Positions 51,083-63,546 of a stretch of 64,000 nt of DNA are shown piece after piece. Made by a program: the position numbers and the translations under genes. The notes under the pieces were generated by a model, which made no database searches, was not told the DNA's origin, and saw nothing but the letters and a program-made list of their open reading frames with translations. The stretch comes from Okamejei kenojei (Eukaryota): positions 24,552,001 through 24,616,000 of the forward strand of contig CM069137.1 of assembly GCA_035221665.1 (NCBI GenBank), read 5' to 3'. The stretch's first letter is position 1; every line of letters begins with the position of its first letter.

Positions 51083-51545
51083 TGGAGACACAAGAAACTG
51101 CAGATGCTGGAATCCTGAGCAAAAAGCAAATAACTGGAAGAACTCAGCAGGTCAGGCAGCATCTGCGGAAGGAAAGGACAGATGACGTTTCGGGCTGGGG
51201 ACCTTCTTCAGATTGATGAAGTAGGAGGGAGAAAACTGGTAAAGAGATGGTTGGGTCGGGCAAAGACTGAAAGTGGTAGGTGGTTGCAGATGAGGGGGGC
51301 TGATTGGCAGATGGATACAGTAGGTGACAAAGGCTAAAGGTGAAAAGGAGACACAAGGATATCAGATAAGGTAAGAAGGGTCTCGACCCGAAACGTTGCC
51401 CATTTCCTTCGCTCCATAGATGCTGCCTCACCCGCTGAGTTTCTCCAGCATTTTTGCCTACCTTCGATTTTCCAGCATCTGCAGTTCCTTCTTAATTAAC
51501 CAGGTAAGAAGAAGTGGTGAGTGATACAAAAAATACAAAAGGGAG
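51083..51545 (-). mobile_element. PLE 3' region (minus) with a younger plus-strand PLE end nested at 51379-51501
   Basis: Minus-strand hammerhead core at 51184-51211. Nested copy flanked by aggtaagaag (51369-78, 51502-11). Confidence 0.7.
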
Positions 51546-54500
51546 CAAATACCCAGGTGTAGTGAATTGATAATTATGGTTAGCACCTTCCTGAGAATGT
51601 GATTATTACCCAATCGGGCCAAATGACATGTTCCTGTGCTCTAAACTCTTTATATTCCTTTGCATGTAATGAGAAGGCCATCAGTCTAGATATTCTGCAC
51701 ACTTTTTTAATAACAAACCAACTAGATGTATTGTGGGACTTTATGGTTGCTGTAAAAATTATGACGAGAAACTGCCGGAGATAGCGCTTTTATTTTGCAA
51801 AGAAGGGTGTCACTTCCACAATAATGATGATATCAATTGCTAGTGATGCAATGGCATGTTGAACATGATTTGCACATTTGCAAACAAATGAAAAATGGTT
51901 TGCCAAACATGGTGTTGTTAGCGCAACATGTCCTTGCAATCCTTTATTCTGATAGAATAAAGCCATTTTGAGGTGGCACTGTCTTTTTTCGAGCCAGCTT
52001 TTTGCAAAAGCAGCTAGATAATTGTTTCTCTGACAATCTCACTAAAGCCATTTAGTTTGTGTAGGTGTCTGGCTGGCTGAGTCTGTATTTCTATGGTTCA
52101 GAAAAAATGTTGTAGGAACACTGCAGCCTTAAAAAGTGCACAGTAAGTCTGTTTCCATTGAGACATTTTATCTTATCACTATGTTCGGTTTAGAATGAGA
52201 AAAAAACAAACACTGGACCAAAGCACACACAGCCTTCAGAAATATATTTACTTTGTTTTATTTGATTTGCATGGTACTTCAATAAGAAGAGCCGGAAGGA
52301 GCAATGTAGGCAAACATTTTCTTGGACTTATGAGAACATCTGATTTGAGCTATAAATGAGAAAATAAAATGACAGGACTGAATTAATATGGTATTGCTTA
52401 TGTGTGGGTGCACGATGTACCAAAATCATACTTGGAGCATTATTTATTTATATTTCAGCATTGCTTGCAGCATGTTGGAAGCTCAAATTTTATTTTCTGT
52501 TTTATCAGAAAGAGGGTGGCTAATCTACGATTGCTTTTGTGTGACATTTTAAATAATATTTAGGTCTTGTTCCTTCATGTTTTAAAGTTGCAGTTGGCGT
52601 TTGGTCTCTTGCTCCGTTGAAGGCTAGTCCTGTTAGCTGTACGTTTTAAAATATCTCTAAGATGTCCTCTTGTGATATAGCCATGATATATGCCAGTAAA
52701 ACAGCAAAGTTTATATTTTCCTTATAAAACAAAACATGCAGTAGCAATCTCTTTTTGAAAAAAAAATGTTTGAATGGTTGATTTTCACCATCAAATGTGT
52801 CACTGAAAATTATGGCTCGAGGCATTAATGTTTGATCTATTTCTTCACAATATAAATAACAAAGGACATTTTACACCTACAAAAGTTGTATGTTGTTTTT
52901 CTTAATTTAATTTAAAGTTTTTTTTTTCTGCACCACTCAAAAACCGAACACTATTGTAGGGCAGACACTGCTGGGCTCGAGTGAATTCATCAGAAGGGGA
53001 GATGTACTCTATTGAAATCCTGCATGGATCTCAATGAGATTTCTGCATTTTTAGTTTGCTGGGCTTTGCAGTCACTCACATGGCAGGCATTTTGCATTGT
53101 TCTGAGGCTAACACCGGGCCATTGTTAGCTCAGAGCCAGCAAAGGGACATCTCCCTCTCTCACTCTCTCTTTCTGTTCATCCCTTGCGTGTTTACAAAAC
53201 AACTCAGAAAAGAAATTCAGACACCCACTTCATTGTAGGTTGATGTAATACTCTGTACTGATGCCAACTTACAGCCTGATATTTAAAACCTCGCTGGTGA
53301 CTTTTTGATACATCTAGAGGAGCCACATGTAAGATATGGCCCACTTTGGATCAGAATCGGACAACACTAGACCAAAATCAGTACAGCTATTAAAAGAAGG
53401 GGGGAAAAACTTGCTTGATTTTGTCTTTTTAATCAGAGAAAATCCTTCATTTTTAAATGAAAAAGAAGCCCAATAGTTTGTTATTTTAGCTCAAATTCAC
53501 ATTTTCTTGCCAATTATTAAACATGTTTTTGTTATTTAAGGTATCTAGGCAGAGTAGAGCAAGTCTTATTTCTGTAAACTGCATTAGTTAAAAATTGGGA
53601 GGTTTGCTGAAGTTATTGAACAAGTAATCTTCAGATTACCCCCAAGAATGCTTTTATTACCATTCTGATACTGATTTGTTTTTGTTTAAAAGAGGACATT
53701 TTTAGTATCAGCTGTAGTTATCTTGGTAAGGGGTGCTGGGCTTAGCAGTGCAATGAAATGGTAATGTTCTATGTTTTGCATAGTCAGAGTGAACCAGTGT
53801 TGCAGGAGTTGTGGTTTGTGCTTATTGCTCAGAGGAGATTTAGTTGTCAGGACAGAAATTGGTATTTATGAAGAAAACGATATTTACTGTCAACCAGGTC
53901 TTGCAGGTTGGGAAGGTATTCCTGCCCTTCGAGGGTGATATATGTCCTGCTGCTGCCCCTCACTGAGACATGACTTCATTGCTTGTTTAGCTTGTGCTGA
54001 TATTTGTGAGTGCAGTACCTAGTGATTAATCATGTATCACCCTTTTCTCTGAAGTATTTGAATCACACTGCACTGGGCCACTCACGTGTTATTCAGAAAG
54101 AATGCTGTGGACAAGCAAAAGACCTTACAAGGCATGTTTTTTGTGAAATAAAAAGCCTTTTAATGCTTGTCCAGCCTTAGATAATTTTATTCACTCCTTC
54201 AAGCCCTCCCATTATTTCTATTGCACCCAGAGACCAGTTTTTAGGGGGTGGGTTGATAGCTTCCCAGGGCTTGGGCCTTTTGTTGTAGCCTGAGACAAAT
54301 ATATCCAGTGAAGCCTTGAACCCTTGTGCAATAAAGTATCTTCGACACGTTGCTAAGAAATGGTTAAACTGCTGAAGCAAAGGAAGGGCACAACCAATTG
54401 TGCCAAGGTATATCTGGACCACACAGCTAGATTGAAGACGAATATCCCCACTTTATGTTAAAAAAAATCATTTATTTTCAAAGGGCATTTCTTAGGCTGA

Positions 54501-55672
54501 ACTTGGCTAAACCCTTGTGGTCACACCTCTTTGAAAAGGTTTTGTTTCGTCCGTCAATTGGTATTCAAACCAGGTCAGCATTTCTGTTTGCCCAACTTTG
54601 CTGCCGTTTTCATTTTAATTTGCACCTGTTGTGCAGTTGTTGGAAAGGCAAGTGCAGACCCGCGGATTGTACAAAGATCATATTATGAGAAGATATGCAC
54701 GGTGCAATCTTTTTGTCTGACTGATGTCGTTTTTAAGATTTTTCTTTAACGGTACTTTTCAAAGGATTAAAATTGAACTACAAACCTTACAAAAAGCTGC
54801 CGATATCATAGCCTGGAGTTGTTAGCTGAATAGATTTCATCGTCGAACAAATTCATGAGAGCAGAACGCTAAACCTGATACAAGCGAAATTCTGCTCCTG
54901 CCACTCTGTATAATCTGGTCGCTGGCAAGAGCCTGCTCGAGATAGTTCAGTAGATAAAACCAAAGGATTTCTCGATTGAGAGCAAAGAAATCAAAATGAG
55001 CCTGTAGAGAGTTGTGATGTTTTTCTTGGTTCTTCTTCCCATGATGTCATATAACTGAGCTGTTCTGTTGTGAGCATGTGTATTTGCATGCAAGTATGTC
55101 CATTTGTGTTTCCCATGAGCTGAGTTAAACAGTTTCTGGCAGTGTTGTGTCTGCATATGTGCATCTGATGGTATGTTTCGCTAGCTAAACTAATGCCCCT
55201 GTGTTTATTACTCTAATCTTTCTTGTCGAGTGGCAAAGTGGACAATTTATGTACTACCATGCACACTGAATGACTGGGAAGGAAGACTAATGCAGAAGCA
55301 GCCACCTTCAATTCAGTTCAAAGACCTTATTTATAAACTGTCCATTTTAAGGAATGCTAGTGCGAGTGCATCAGGTCTGTGTAGCAAAATAAACTGGTTT
55401 ATTTCGTTCCTGATTTGTTCTGACATTTGAAACATGTTTTGAAGCATAATCTGCATGTTTTGTCAGTGTTCTCAAAAAAACGTAAAGTGGAGGGACTGCT
55501 GTGGCAGCTTGGGTGAAGGAATTCATTAAAAAAAAGTTAAGACATGGTCAGGTCTGGAAGAATGTAAGAACTGTGCAGCTTGTTGTACCTTGCTTCTTGA
55601 AAAGCTATGGTTTTGTCCACCTTTTCTTTTTTTTAACTCCAGCATCTCCATTACTCCTTTTCTCCGCTACAG

Positions 55673-55930
55673 TTTTGAACTATGAGAATGTAGTGGACAC
55701 GGGTTCGGAAACAGACGATGAAGACAAGCTTCACATTGCGGAAGAAGACAGTATTATGAACGCCCTGGACCGCGACTCCAGTCCAGTGACTATGCCCAAC
55801 CACGATTCTTCCCCACATGGGAACCAAATATTGTTGCCAAGAGAAGACGAAGAAAGTGAAAAGAGAGATTGCGGCATGAACCACACCTGGCACAGCAGGG
55901 AGACACTACCAGTCTCAATGGATGGAACTG
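55673..55930 (+). CDS. ZEB2: ZEB2 (zinc finger E-box-binding homeobox 2) internal coding exon, equivalent to human exon 3
   Basis: Pyrimidine tract plus acceptor (ttactccttttctccgctacAG, 55651-55672) and donor G|GTAAGT at 55930/55931. Length 258 bp, phase 1-1. Encodes (V)[85 protein letters not shown], collinear with human ZEB2 [25 protein letters not shown]...SSPH..ALLPREEE..HPWH..SVDG. ZEB1 has VTNYNTVVETNSDSDD here instead. Confidence 0.95.
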
Positions 55931-56500
55931 GTAAGTCAAACGTCTGGACTAAGAATAGGACCGCTACTCAAAAAATGTTTTCAAATACCTGTTGTTGGCC
56001 TTCCACAAAATACTTCATTCCAATTCATCTGACTCAACGTGTGGGTTAAACAGTGGAATGAACTACACATTTTTAAAGCTTGTAATATTACTTGTTAAGT
56101 CAACCACTGTTATATATTAAACAAGTGACACCCTTTAGAAGCCAATGCAACTTTGTAAACCAAAGGTTAAACTCATAAAAGGCCCCTGTTATCAGTTTTA
56201 TGGATCTTTCACTTACCTTGTGTTGAATTTAATTAAAGAAAAACATTGGGGAGTAGTGCAGATGTAATTATTGTTTAATTATAGGTAAATAATATCACTT
56301 CATCATCCTTTCTAAGGGCTATTGTCCCCATAAAATGACATTAAAAAAACTCCACTAATATCCCCTGTCAATCAAAGAGCTACATGCTCTAATATCTAGA
56401 GTTGAGAGTGGAATATCCACTAAAACTGTTTAAAATATAATCTCAGATTACAACTCCAGCTGTGGTCGACATACCTTAATATCAAATGTTAAAAAGTGCT

Positions 56501-56798
56501 TTTAGTTTAGTTTAGTTTAGTTTAGAGATACAGCATGGAAACAGGCTCTTCGGCCCATCGAGTCTGCGCCGACCCGTGATCTCCGCACATTAACACTAAC
56601 ACTACACACACTAGGGATATTTTATATTCATACCAAACCAAGTAATCTACAAACCTGTACATCTTTGGAGTGTGGGAGGAAACCGTGGAGCTCAGAGAAA
56701 ATCCACAAACGTACAAACTCCGTACAGACAAGCACCCGTAGTCAGGATCGAACCCAGGTCTCGGGCGCTATAAGGCAGCAACTCTACCACCGTGCCAC
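56501..56798 (-). mobile_element. HE1-type V-SINE
   Basis: (tttag)5 tail and reverse-complement body and head; tgctttta on both sides. Confidence 0.88.
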
Positions 56799-58004
56799 AT
56801 ATGCTTTTATTACCATTTATTCCATACTTAAAATGTTATTATATAGGTCATAGTTGACGCATGTCTGCTATGCCATGCTTGGTGTCACAGAGCAGATCAA
56901 ATTAAACATAGGCATATGCTAAATTCACCCCACATTTTGATTGTAACATTCATAAAGTCATAGAATTGTCATGGTACAGAAGAAAACCTTCTAGCCATTA
57001 GGTCCTTGTACTGCCAGACTCTTTCCTTGGTCTTTCTGGACAGTTCTGCAAATTATTTTCCCTCGTTCTTCTCCAATTCTCATTTGAAATCCTAAGTGAG
57101 TCTGTGCCCATCAGCCTTGCAGGCAGTGAATTATAAATTATATCAACTCTGTTTAAGAAAGTCTTTCTTCACTTGCACCCTACCTTTCGCTCACCTTTTA
57201 AAAATATGTATTACTTGGCCACTTGAACCATCTGCTACAGGAGTTGGCTTGGAGGAACAGCTGAGCCAAGTTCAAGAGCTGAATCAGAACAATTGTCACA
57301 ATAGATGCAAACTCTGTTCATATCTGTAACTGTTAAACTTAGCTTCATTGCGTAATGCAATTTGGCTAGCCCTCCTGCTGTTAGCATTGTCTTATAAAAT
57401 TATTCTTTAAAAGCATGCACATTTTGGGGATTCTTTAACACGTGGTACTTTAACATCTTTAATGATTTGCTTGCGAACACACTTTTGATGAAGGGAAAGA
57501 TGGACATAAAATAGCTGAGCATGCTATCAAACTGCTGAGAGTGATTGACTTGAAGGTAAATTGGGTGTAATTTGTTAGTTTGGCCTGAGTGAGGAGAGAT
57601 GCGGTGAAGTAATAACATTGGATAAGCCCCTCATCACAAAAGCTGCTCTTCTGCACACTGTTAGAAAAAATATAATGCTGTTACAGGAAAATCGCTTACT
57701 TGCTAAAAAATCTGTCATGTTTCATGGTAAAAGGTAATGGTACAGTTCGTGATGAGTCAGAAGACACATTTTCGCACATAGAATTTACAGAACAGAAAAC
57801 ACCATTCCAGGTACCAGTCTCCGCTCTATCAAGCTTCTTCCACTATAAATGGTTCTTTCCACTCTACCACATTGTCACATATAAAGACCACATTGCTATA
57901 TTCATCAAACATTACACCTATTACAGTATCCTCTCTCACTAATAATCATCTCCGCTACTTGTCACATTCTCTTTCCCTGTACACCTGCTTCCCATAGAGA
58001 CATA

Positions 58005-59597
58005 CCGTGGCTTGCAAACGTTTTCATACCCCTTGAAGTTTTCCACATTGTGTCACGTTATAACCACAAACGTAAATGTATTTTATTGGGATTTTATGTG
58101 ATAGACCAACTCAAAATGGCGCATAATTGTGAAGTGGAAGGAAAATGATACATGGTTTTCACATTTTTTACAAATAAAAAACTGAAAAGTGTGGCGTTCA
58201 AAAGTATTCAGCCCCCTTTACTCGGATACGCCTAAATAAAATCCAGTGCAACCAATTGCCTTCAGAAGTCACCTAATTAGTAAATAGAGTCCACTTGTGT
58301 GTAATCTAATCTCAGTATAAATACAGCTGTTCTGTGAAGGCCTCAGAGGTTTGTTAGAGAACATTAGTGAACAAACAGCATCATGAAGCCCAAGGAACAC
58401 ACCAGACAGGTCAGGGATAAAGTTGTGGTGAAGTTTAAAGCATGGTTAGATTATAAAAAATATCCCAAGCTTTGAACATCTCATGGAGCACTGTTCAATC
58501 CATCATCCAAAAATGGAAAGAGTATTGCACAACTGCAAACCTACCAAGACATGACCGTCCACCTAAACTGACAGGCTGGGCAAGGAGAGTATTGATCAGA
58601 GAAGCAGCCAAGAGGCCCATGGTAACTCTGGAGGAGCTGCAGAGATCCACAGCTCAGGCGGGTGAATCTGTCCACAGGACAACTATTAGTCGTGCACTCC
58701 ACAGATCGAGCCTTTATGGAAGAGTGGCAAGAAAGCCATTGTTGAAACAAAGCCATAAGAAGTCCCGTTTGCAGTTTGCCACAAGCCATGTGGGGGCACA
58801 GCAAACATGTGGAGGAAGGTGCTCTGGTCTGATGAGACCAAAATTGAGGTTTTTGGCCTAAATGCAAAACGCTATGTGTGGAGGAAAACTAACACTGCAC
58901 ATCACCCTGAACACACCATCCCCACCGTGAAACATGGTGGTGGCAGCATCATGCTATGGGGATGCTTTTCTTCAGCAGGGACAGGGAAGCTGGTTAGAGT
59001 TGACGGGAAGATGCATGGAGCCAAATACAGGGCAATCTTGGAAGAAAACCTGTTAGAGTCTGCAAAAGACTTGAGACTGGAGCAGAGTTTCACCTTCCAG
59101 CAGGACAACGACCCTAAACATACAGCCAGAGCTACAATGGAATGGTTTAGATCAAAGCATATTCATGTGTTAGAATGGCCCAGTCAGTCCAGACCTAAAT
59201 CCAATTGAGAATCTCTGGCAAGACTTAAAAATTGCTGTTCACAGACGCTCTCCATTCATTCTGACTGAGCTTGAGCTATTTTGCAAAAAAGAATGGGCAC
59301 AAATTTCAGTCTCTAGATGTACAAAGCTGGTAGAGACATACCCCAAAAGACCTGCAGCTGTAATTGCACAAAGTCTTGACTGAGGGGGGCTGAATACTTT
59401 TGCACGCCACACTTTTCAGTTTTTTATTTGTAATAAAATTTGGAAACTATGTATCATTTTCCTTCCACTTAACAATTATGCACCACTTTGTGTTGGTCTA
59501 TCACATAAAATCCCAATAAAATACATTTACGTTTGTGGTTGTAACGTGACAAAATGTGGAAAAGTTCAAGGGGTATGAATACTTTTGCAAGCCACTG
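58005..59597 (+). mobile_element. Full-length Tc1/mariner DNA transposon, Passport-like, IR/DR type
   Basis: TA on both sides (58003-4, 59598-9). About 212-bp inverted repeats (58005-58216 and 59385-59597), each with outer and inner direct repeats (cagtggcttgcaaaagtattcatacccc / gtgtggcgtgcaaaagtattcagccccc). Internal transposase remnant. Confidence 0.95.
58383..59380 (+). pseudogene. Frameshifted Tc1-family DD34E transposase
   Basis: MKPKEHTRQVRDKVV..; paired-like HTH segment (STVQSIIQKWKEY..TANLPR..RPPKL); RVARKPLL; WSDETKIE; TVKHGGGSIMLWGCF; FQQDNDPKH; WPSQS(PDLNPIENLW). Frameshifts near 58460, 58797 and 59187 and a small deletion near the C-terminus. Confidence 0.93.
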
Positions 59598-59740
59598 TAG
59601 ATAATACTGATACAGCATGGAAACAGGCCCTTCGACCCATCTTACCCACGCTGACCAAGATGTCCCATCTACACTAGTCCAACCTGTCTACCTTTATTTA
59701 TCCTCAAATTCTCTTTCTCTCTTTCTCTGTACCATACAAT

Positions 59741-60052
59741 CACAGATAAATACAGCATGGAAAGAGTTCCCTACGGCTCACTGAGCCCACGTGGACCATC
59801 AACCATCCATAATGTACTAATCATACATTAATCCGATTTTTTATTCACCCCACATTCCCAGCAACGTACTGAAATGTACTGCGGGCAGTTTGCAAACATA
59901 CTGGGGAAATCTACCGACCCGATCTTTGGGATGAGGTAGGTAACCCACGTGATCACTGGGAGAATATGCAAACTCCATACAAACAGGACCTGAAATCAGG
60001 ACAAAACTGGCCTCTGACGTTGTGAGACATAAGCTACACTAACTGTGCCACC
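59741..60052 (-). mobile_element. Diverged HE1-type V-SINE
   Basis: tacagcatggaaag..gggagaatatgcaaactccatac..aactgtgccacc. Confidence 0.7.
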
Positions 60053-60979
60053 TTCTCTGCTCCTCTCTGTTCTCATTGCTCCACTTCAGGACAACAGGCT
60101 GATGACTTGTGGATAGTTGCCATTTGACAGGGAAGGTCGTGGTCAATGTCTTTAGTGTGAAGTTTTTGTTTTGTAAGGTGGAGTCTGGGCATGGAAACTA
60201 AGCTGTAGTTCAGATGTGACAGGCATTTAGATAGCATTTCAAATTGCCTATGGACTACTGGATTCGCAGGTTATGCATGGACACAGGTGGGTGGCAATAA
60301 CTACAGGTCATGTATTAGGGAGAGAATACGAAATAAACACTCAATGAAACATCCACATGGGAGCTCTGAAAGGTAAGTATAATGCCACATGTACAAGACC
60401 CACTGCTTAAACTCTTGACACCTTGTCATGGCAAATGACATATCAGCCAGAATCATAAAACCTGAAGTAAGTGTGACACAAACAGGAATCTAAACTTTAA
60501 AAATGAAGCAGATAAATCATGGTGATTGTAAGAGGTAGGTGGCATTAAGCACCATGATAAGGTTACAGTATATGTCTCAACGTCCTTTCTGCTTATATAT
60601 ATATAAATAATGATTTGCAGGGGCTCACAAATGTTTCCTGTCTGGTTCATTGCCTCTGACACATTGGGTGAGTTCAAGATGCTGTAGATAATGCCATCTT
60701 TGTCATTTTGTCTACTTGAACCATTTAATCTTAGGACAATTGTTATGCCATCACCATTCAATGATATATATCCACTTGGAGCTGTGAGGCTTCAGACAAC
60801 CCTGATCCTATTTCTTAATTCATGGTCTATCAAAATCAATGGAAAGTAAAATCTGATTGACCAGGAAGATCCCAAAGAGAATCACCCAGGACATCACAAT
60901 TCAAATCCCTGGGTAGGAATGAAAGTCACATGTATCAGCTTTTGACTTCCAGTGATTTCAGAGAGCAAGGACATAATTC

Positions 60980-61105
60980 TTAGCCTGCTGCAGGTCTTGG
61001 CCCGAAAAGCCGACAAATCATTTCTCCCAACAGATACTGCTCAACCCGCTGAGTTCTTCCAACACATTGTTTTTAGCTCTGGATTACAGCATTTGCAGTC
61101 TCTTC
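60980..61105 (+). mobile_element. Diverged PLE-derived 3' end
   Basis: ggtcttggcccgaaaagc..cccgctgagttcttccaac..cagcatttgcagtc. Confidence 0.5.
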
Positions 61106-63546
61106 CATTAACATGATTTTCTATGCTTGCTATCCACGAGAAACCATACTGTAAATGTGGTCTTAGATCAGTTAGCACTACCAGTGTGCTGAGATTGTGT
61201 CCATGGACATTGAAAGAAGTCTCATGATGGTCAGAACAATATTGGCACATTAGATCTTCAGGGTCCCCAATTGAAAGCTAAAGTTGAGGTGGGGACAACT
61301 ACTTGTTACTCAAACGCTGCCCAATTGTCCTTTCAGTGACTTCAAACTATGATTTGTGAGGTTGAGAATGCTATGGGCTTTTGCACTCACTTGCATTTGT
61401 CCCCCACTGTCCTCCTGCTCAGTTTTTCTGACATGTGACCTTGCTTGATGTAAGAGCCAGCCTTCAGCTGACCAGCTGATCTATCGTGCTCACTGAATTG
61501 AATATGTGCGACTTCCTGAAGGAATGTTGATAATGCTCAAGGCTGCACCTCTGCTCCACAGGTTGCTCAGAGATCCAAATCGGTTGTTGCATTCCTCCGG
61601 CCAACAAGTGATAATCATTCCAGTCAAACGGCCAGGTCATATTGAAGCTGCTGCTGTGAAAAAAAACTGACAGCTGACCTCTCAGAACCGTACCTTAATA
61701 AGAGTCAGCATTTACAGGAGAGCAAGGGGAAACAGAACTTTCGGTTCATGCCAAGAAGCACAACTAAGCTACGTTGCCACTGCATGCAATGAGGATTACA
61801 AAGCTTCAGCAGATTCCAAAAATAGGGCTCTGAATTGTGCTCCCCTTGAACCCCACGGCACCATTTTAAGAATGTTCAGGAGATCTCTCATGTAGTTGCA
61901 GCAAATGCATGAGAACAGCAGGAGAATAGGATTTTACTTATTGCAAAGCAGCAATTTATTTAGTTTTAAGCATGCTGACAAATGTCAGCTGCCAGTCCGG
62001 GCACCTGAAAAGAAGGAAGTAGGTGTCCTGTGGGATATTTCGCAACCACTTTAAAAAAAAAACTGCAGTGACAGCAAGGCCGATATGCCCTGATCTTAAA
62101 CCTTAATGGTCATTGGTTAGGGTTAGAGGAGACAGCTCGACCTAGATGGACCTGTGATTACAGCAACCCACCATCATTAACCTCTCCTTCCTCAAGTGGC
62201 TGAGCAGACATTGGGCAGATTACATTTGCCTCAACCCTAGTCTTATCTGTCTATGGTCAGATATCTTGTCCATTTTTGAAATACGTGCTATCGTCCATAA
62301 ACAGGCTTCAGTGCACCCAGTTTTTCCAGGTACATCACTGGGGCTGGGGCAGCAGTATTTGGGTGTAGGAAGTACGAGTGGTTATATTTGCTAGCCTGAA
62401 ATGATCATTCCAAAGGGAGCACTTTGTTACACAGTGCTTCTGGTGAATTAACCCAAAATGGTGTACCACATTTGGACAATGTCCAATACACATTCACAGC
62501 ATGCACGTTTTCATGCTCTGAGAGCAAAGCTGGACTCCCTTCCTACATGTAATTATGTACTTAGGATAAAATCTGTCCAAAGTCTCGCATAGGATGTTGT
62601 TCCAAAGGAATAAATAAACAAGAGCAGGTCAATCAGCCCATTGAAACTATTTCTGCAGCTTAGTAAGACAACGTTGATCGGGATCTTAGCTGCATTTGCA
62701 TTGTCTTGCTTTCACAGGCCTGAATATTAGCCACATTCATTTTTGTACACAGTGCTAGAATATCTAGCATGTGAGTCATGGTTAAAGTTAGTACCCTAGC
62801 ACAAGGGATTTCACTTTAGTTGCATTTCCTTAATAATTCTGCAAAAGGTCTTCGATTTTATTTTCAAAAGCAGGCTGTAGGAGATCATGCTGCAGAATGT
62901 GTACTAGTAGGAAAGTTATGCTTCAGCACAAAAATTACCATACTATTTTGTGTTGTAAATATAAAGCTGTGGACCATATGCTTTTGTGACTAATAATTCA
63001 CTATCACTCACAGCTTTAACCTTTACACTTAAAAATGTCAACTTTTTTAAAAGAGTCATCACTTGAGTAAAGAGAAATCACAATTACATTCATTATTATT
63101 TGAAAGATATGTAACTGTTAACAATAAAGTTAAAACGTAATAAAGAAGTAACAGAGAATGGGAGAAAGATAAATAAGTTTTAATTAGGGTAGAAGATGAT
63201 TGCCCAAGGAAATGTAATTCCTACAAAAGGCACTAACATATATAAATTAATCTTTTAGATTGAATAGTTTTCATGCATCTAATGAGAAGAATGATTCCGA
63301 GAGTTGTTAACCTTAATACACAGTCCAAACTTTTGCTGCAGATTGAATCACAAGCTAAATTTTAAGTTATAATGTGTCAACTTGGGTATCTTCAATAAAC
63401 AAACATTGTTCATTTCACCACTGACAATTGAGACACTATTAGAATTTCTCCTTATGTACTGTTTATTACAATACAACATTTGCTACATCAATCAGAGGTA
63501 TGTCATAGAGTCACAGAGCTGTACAGCATGGACACATGGCCTTTTG

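Larger units (their letters stand above)
1..55672 (+). other. ZEB2: Distal part of the large ZEB2 intron preceding exon 3 (intron 2)
   Basis: I found no upstream exon encoding MKQ..MADGPRCKRRKQANPRRKN in the window. The exon at 55673 starts in phase 1 and needs an upstream exon; this intron is known to be very large in vertebrates. Confidence 0.75.

Noticed and set aside
228-51501. Recurrent palindromic repeat as CRISPR, rho-independent terminators or pre-miRNAs
   Set aside because: Dispersed with no regular spacers, eukaryotic context, and flanked by TSDs; explained as PLE derivatives.
55673-55930. Assignment of the exon to ZEB1
   Set aside because: Diagnostic residues ([18 protein letters not shown], HxWH, SxDG) and the 258-bp length fit ZEB2.
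55501-56049. 182-aa ORF as a complete gene
   Set aside because: Only 55673-55930 is exon; the rest is intronic read-through beyond clear splice sites.
60307-60372. 66-nt segment with AG|GTAAGT donor as ZEB2 exon 4
   Set aside because: No pyrimidine tract, in-frame TGA in phase 1, and no similarity to the expected exon 4 peptide.
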